Assembly (NCBI GenBank): GCA_977020255.1
Contig: CDROCS010002814.1
Coordinates: 62,001 to 126,000 of the forward strand
Direction: 5' to 3'
Length of the DNA stretch: 64,000 nt
Source: Obrimoposthia wandeli
Lineage: Eukaryota
Shown: positions 61,291-64,000 of the stretch, piece by piece
Layout: every line of letters begins with the position of its first letter
How positions within the stretch are numbered: the stretch's first letter is position 1
The notes under the pieces: generated by a model
Databases searched by the model: none
Told to the model about the DNA's origin: nothing
What the model saw: the letters and a program-made list of their open reading frames with translations, nothing else
Made by a program: the position numbers and the translations under genes

Positions 61291-61725
61291 ATGAGCCAGC
61301 CTAAACTATCTACCATAGATCAGCGTCTGTGTTTTGCCTTGTACTCTAGCTCACAGGCAATTATCAAAAAGTACCGCCCGTTTTTACAAGAGCTCGGTAT
61401 GACATATCCGCAATACTTAGTCTTTTTAGTGTTGGCTGAGCAAGAGGAGCTAACCGTAAAAGAGTTAGGCGGGTATTTAGATTTGGACTCAGGCACTTTA
61501 ACACCGCTACTCAAAAGAATGGAGCAGCAACAACGTGTTATACGCAAACGTAGTGCACAGGATGAGCGAAAAGTTAATGTTAAGCTCACAGATCAAGCAA
61601 AAGAATTAATCCCCTTGGTGGCTCAAATGCAATCTTGTGTTGCAACCGCTACGCATTTAGAGGAAAGCGCGTTTAACGATTTATTATTAAAACTACAGCA
61701 GCTTAAAAAGAATTTGTTGAATTAG
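61291..61725 (+). CDS. ohrR: MarR-family organic peroxide sensor
   Basis: LCFALYS (sensing Cys), MTYPQYLV, LDSGTLTPLLKRME and RSAQDERKV. Confidence 0.93.
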   Translation: MSQPKLSTIDQRLCFALYSSSQAIIKKYRPFLQELGMTYPQYLVFLVLAEQEELTVKELGGYLDLDSGTLTPLLKRMEQQQRVIRKRSAQDERKVNVKLTDQAKELIPLVAQMQSCVATATHLEESAFNDLLLKLQQLKKNLLN

Positions 61726-61949
61726 CTGTAATTGAGGTCGCTGCTTTAATATGTACGGCATAATCTAAACGCTGTTTTTTAATCATCATGTTTAGCACTG
61801 ATAAACGCTATAGTATGAACGATTATGGTTAGCCTCCCTTGCTATTTTTAATACAGACAGCCTTTAAATGAGCAGGGTTAATTTTTTTCAGCTATTTAGC
61901 CACTATTGTTAGTGGTTGTTGGGTTATAATCGTTTTCCCAAAAAACAAA

Positions 61950-62906
61950 GTGAACCTTGTTGTTATGTTAGATTCTGCTATTTTGCCTACCCCAATAACT
62001 CACTGGATTGATGATCAATTTAGTAAAGCTTGCGCTGCGGGGGAGACAGAAGTGAGAAGGCTGTTTCACGGCAGAAGTGGCAACATAAGTGAGTTTACAC
62101 AAGTAGTAATAGATTGGTTGCCAAGCATTGCAGTAATTCGTTTGTATGATGATTTAGCAGCAGATAAGCTTGCGGCCTTGGTTGATTTTTTAGCAGCGAA
62201 AAGTGCCGTCAGTGGTGTGCTTATACAAGAGCGAGGCCGTAAACGCGAAACCAAATTCCATATCGCTTACGGTGATGTACCCCAGCAATTAATTGTGAAG
62301 GAAGCGGGGCTTTGTTTTCAGATAGAGCCGCTACAGTTTCAAAATTTTGGTTTGTTTTTGGATATGCGTAATGGGCGTGCTTGGTTAAGAGAAAATACAC
62401 AAGATTGCAAAGTGCTTAATTTGTTCTCTTATACTTGTGCATTTTCGGTAGCAGCTGTTGCAGGTGGTGCAAGTTTAGTGGTCAATGTTGATCTGAGTAA
62501 ACGCGCATTAACCATTGGCCGTACTAATCATCAGTTAAATGATCATGTTAAAGATGCAGCGATGTTTATGCCTTACGATATGTTGAAATCTTGGTCGCGC
62601 ATTAAAAAGCCAGGGCCTTATGATATCGTGGTGATTGATCCCCCTAGCTTTCAGCCGGGCTCTTTTATTGCACAAAACGATTATGTAAAAGTGCTAAGGC
62701 GCTTAGGTCAGCTTACTTGTGATGGCGCTAAAGTGATGCTTTGTCATAATGATCCAGGGCAAAGTAGTGAGTTTATTCATGCTTTAATGGCCGTTGAATG
62801 TGCTGAGTTTTGCTTTGTAGAGCGTTTGGCTGTGCCTGAAGATTTTGCAGAGTTAGATGTTGAGAAAAGCTGTAAAGTTCTTGTTTATAAAAAGTCAATA
62901 ACTTAA
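61950..62906 (+). CDS. Class I SAM-dependent methyltransferase (RlmI/YwbD-like, no PUA domain)
   Basis: GLFLDMRNGR, VLNLFSYTCAFS and VVIDPPSF. Confidence 0.85.
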   Translation: MNLVVMLDSAILPTPITHWIDDQFSKACAAGETEVRRLFHGRSGNISEFTQVVIDWLPSIAVIRLYDDLAADKLAALVDFLAAKSAVSGVLIQERGRKRETKFHIAYGDVPQQLIVKEAGLCFQIEPLQFQNFGLFLDMRNGRAWLRENTQDCKVLNLFSYTCAFSVAAVAGGASLVVNVDLSKRALTIGRTNHQLNDHVKDAAMFMPYDMLKSWSRIKKPGPYDIVVIDPPSFQPGSFIAQNDYVKVLRRLGQLTCDGAKVMLCHNDPGQSSEFIHALMAVECAEFCFVERLAVPEDFAELDVEKSCKVLVYKKSIT

Positions 62907-62927
62907 GGGAAAATATTAAAGTATAAT

Positions 62928-62960
62928 AGCGCTTAATATCAATTGTTAAAATTAAGCGCT
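62928..62960. terminator. Stem-loop between convergent genes
   Basis: AGCGCTTAAT / ATTAAGCGCT 10-bp stem with a 13-nt loop. Confidence 0.45.
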
Positions 62961-62992
62961 GCGCAGTAAATCATAGCAACGTTGTGGTGGCT

Positions 62993-64000
62993 TTAAGCAA
63001 TGCGATATTGAGTTTGTTGTTTGGCTGTAAACAACGCCGTTGCTGTACGGTAGTCTTCAGCTAGCGTAATCGCTGTCACTACCGCGATCGAGCCCACGCC
63101 TGAATCTAGCACCGGATCAATATTGCCCAGCTTAATGCCTCCGATAGCGACGATAGGGAAGTGTTCAGTAAGGGTTTTACACCAATTTTTCAAATTATGT
63201 AAACCAATCAAAATAGCGGGTTTAGTTTGGGTGTTATACACCGTGCCCATGGCTATATAGCTAGGTTCAATTGATATAGCACGTAGCCATTCGTATTCAC
63301 TATGGGTACTAATACCTAAGCGTAAGCCTGCTTGTTGAATGGCTTGTAAATCAGTTTCATCTAAATCTTCTTGGCCTAAATGAACTCCATAGCAATGGTG
63401 TTTTATAGCTAGCTGCCAGTAATCATTAATAAAGAGGCGCGCTTGATACTTTTCACCAAGTTGTGCCGCTTGCGCTATCATTTTATCAAGCTGTTCTGGT
63501 GAAGTATCTTTAATGCGAATTTGAATGGTTTTAACGCCGAGTTCTAAAAGTTTTTGTAACCAAGCAACACTATCAACCACTGGATATAAACCAAGCGATA
63601 AAGTGTTTGTGCTTTTAAACGGCATGAGTTTCGTTTGGTTTTCCTGGTCACCTGCCACATAATTGAGTGCAGTGGTGAGCTGAGGAAAGTAGCTAAGATC
63701 ACAAGGCCACTGTGTGAGGCTTGTTTGTATGGCGATATCACTATTATGCAATTGCTCAAAGTATTGATTGAGGTGAGCAAAGCTCAGCACAATAGCATCA
63801 CAACTGCGTTTAGCACAGAGCATAAACGCCGCTATGCTTGCAGATAATGCGCCGCTGTGAGCTAAGAAACCAACATGCTGGTGAGAGTTGCTTAAGACAG
63901 CTTGTGTGAGGTGGTCAAGATAAAAGCATGCATCGTTTGTTGAGTTTATAATAGCAATGGCTTTACAGTCTATTGCTTTTACGTTACTTGAGTTCTGTGC
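62993..64000 (-). CDS. thiE: Thiamine-phosphate synthase with a ThiD-like N-terminal extension, 5' end outside window
   Basis: [33 protein letters not shown] and VAIGGI; frame is open to base 64000. Confidence 0.9.
   Translation of the reverse strand, partial: AQNSSNVKAIDCKAIAIINSTNDACFYLDHLTQAVLSNSHQHVGFLAHSGALSASIAAFMLCAKRSCDAIVLSFAHLNQYFEQLHNSDIAIQTSLTQWPCDLSYFPQLTTALNYVAGDQENQTKLMPFKSTNTLSLGLYPVVDSVAWLQKLLELGVKTIQIRIKDTSPEQLDKMIAQAAQLGEKYQARLFINDYWQLAIKHHCYGVHLGQEDLDETDLQAIQQAGLRLGISTHSEYEWLRAISIEPSYIAMGTVYNTQTKPAILIGLHNLKNWCKTLTEHFPIVAIGGIKLGNIDPVLDSGVGSIAVVTAITLAEDYRTATALFTAKQQTQYRIA

Noticed and set aside
104-63847. Many short antisense or overlapping ORFs in the track (e.g. 104-523, 941-1159, 17373-17618, 18264-18644, 32127-32432, 36598-36951, 43396-43812, 58236-58550)
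   Set aside because: They lie opposite or inside well-supported genes and have no recognisable motifs; shadow ORFs.
62993-64000. TPP riboswitch for the thi genes
   Set aside because: The leader lies outside the window; nothing to evaluate.

Overview
64 kb of AT-rich chromosome from what looks like a marine gammaproteobacterium (inferred from gene content; taxon not determined). I see no rRNA, tRNA or CRISPR array. Housekeeping and metabolic genes include ung, a pheA-type prephenate dehydratase, rimJ, scoAB, tcdA, hisC, ohr/ohrR and thiE. Three themes stand out. (1) Unusual signalling proteins: an AraC regulator fused to a ~650 aa helical domain followed by a receiver/pseudo-histidine-kinase; a hybrid kinase whose DUF3365-type sensor has lost both Cys of its CxxCH motif; an Hpt-HD-GYP fusion; a degenerate GGDEF protein; and a solute-binding protein coupled to a GGDEF-EAL protein. 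(2) A complete sigma54 catabolic unit: PrpR-like activator, PrpR-like operator, IHF site and -24/-12 promoter upstream of a class III CoA-transferase, an HMG-CoA-lyase-family enzyme and a DctPQM transporter. (3) Gene decay, concentrated at 14.4-25.3 kb: a xenosiderophore uptake cluster with 3 of 4 genes broken, IS4, IS30 and IS3 remnants, and elsewhere a scrambled PACE gene, an N-truncated EamA and ghost ORFs. All family calls come from motif recognition by eye; no searches were run.
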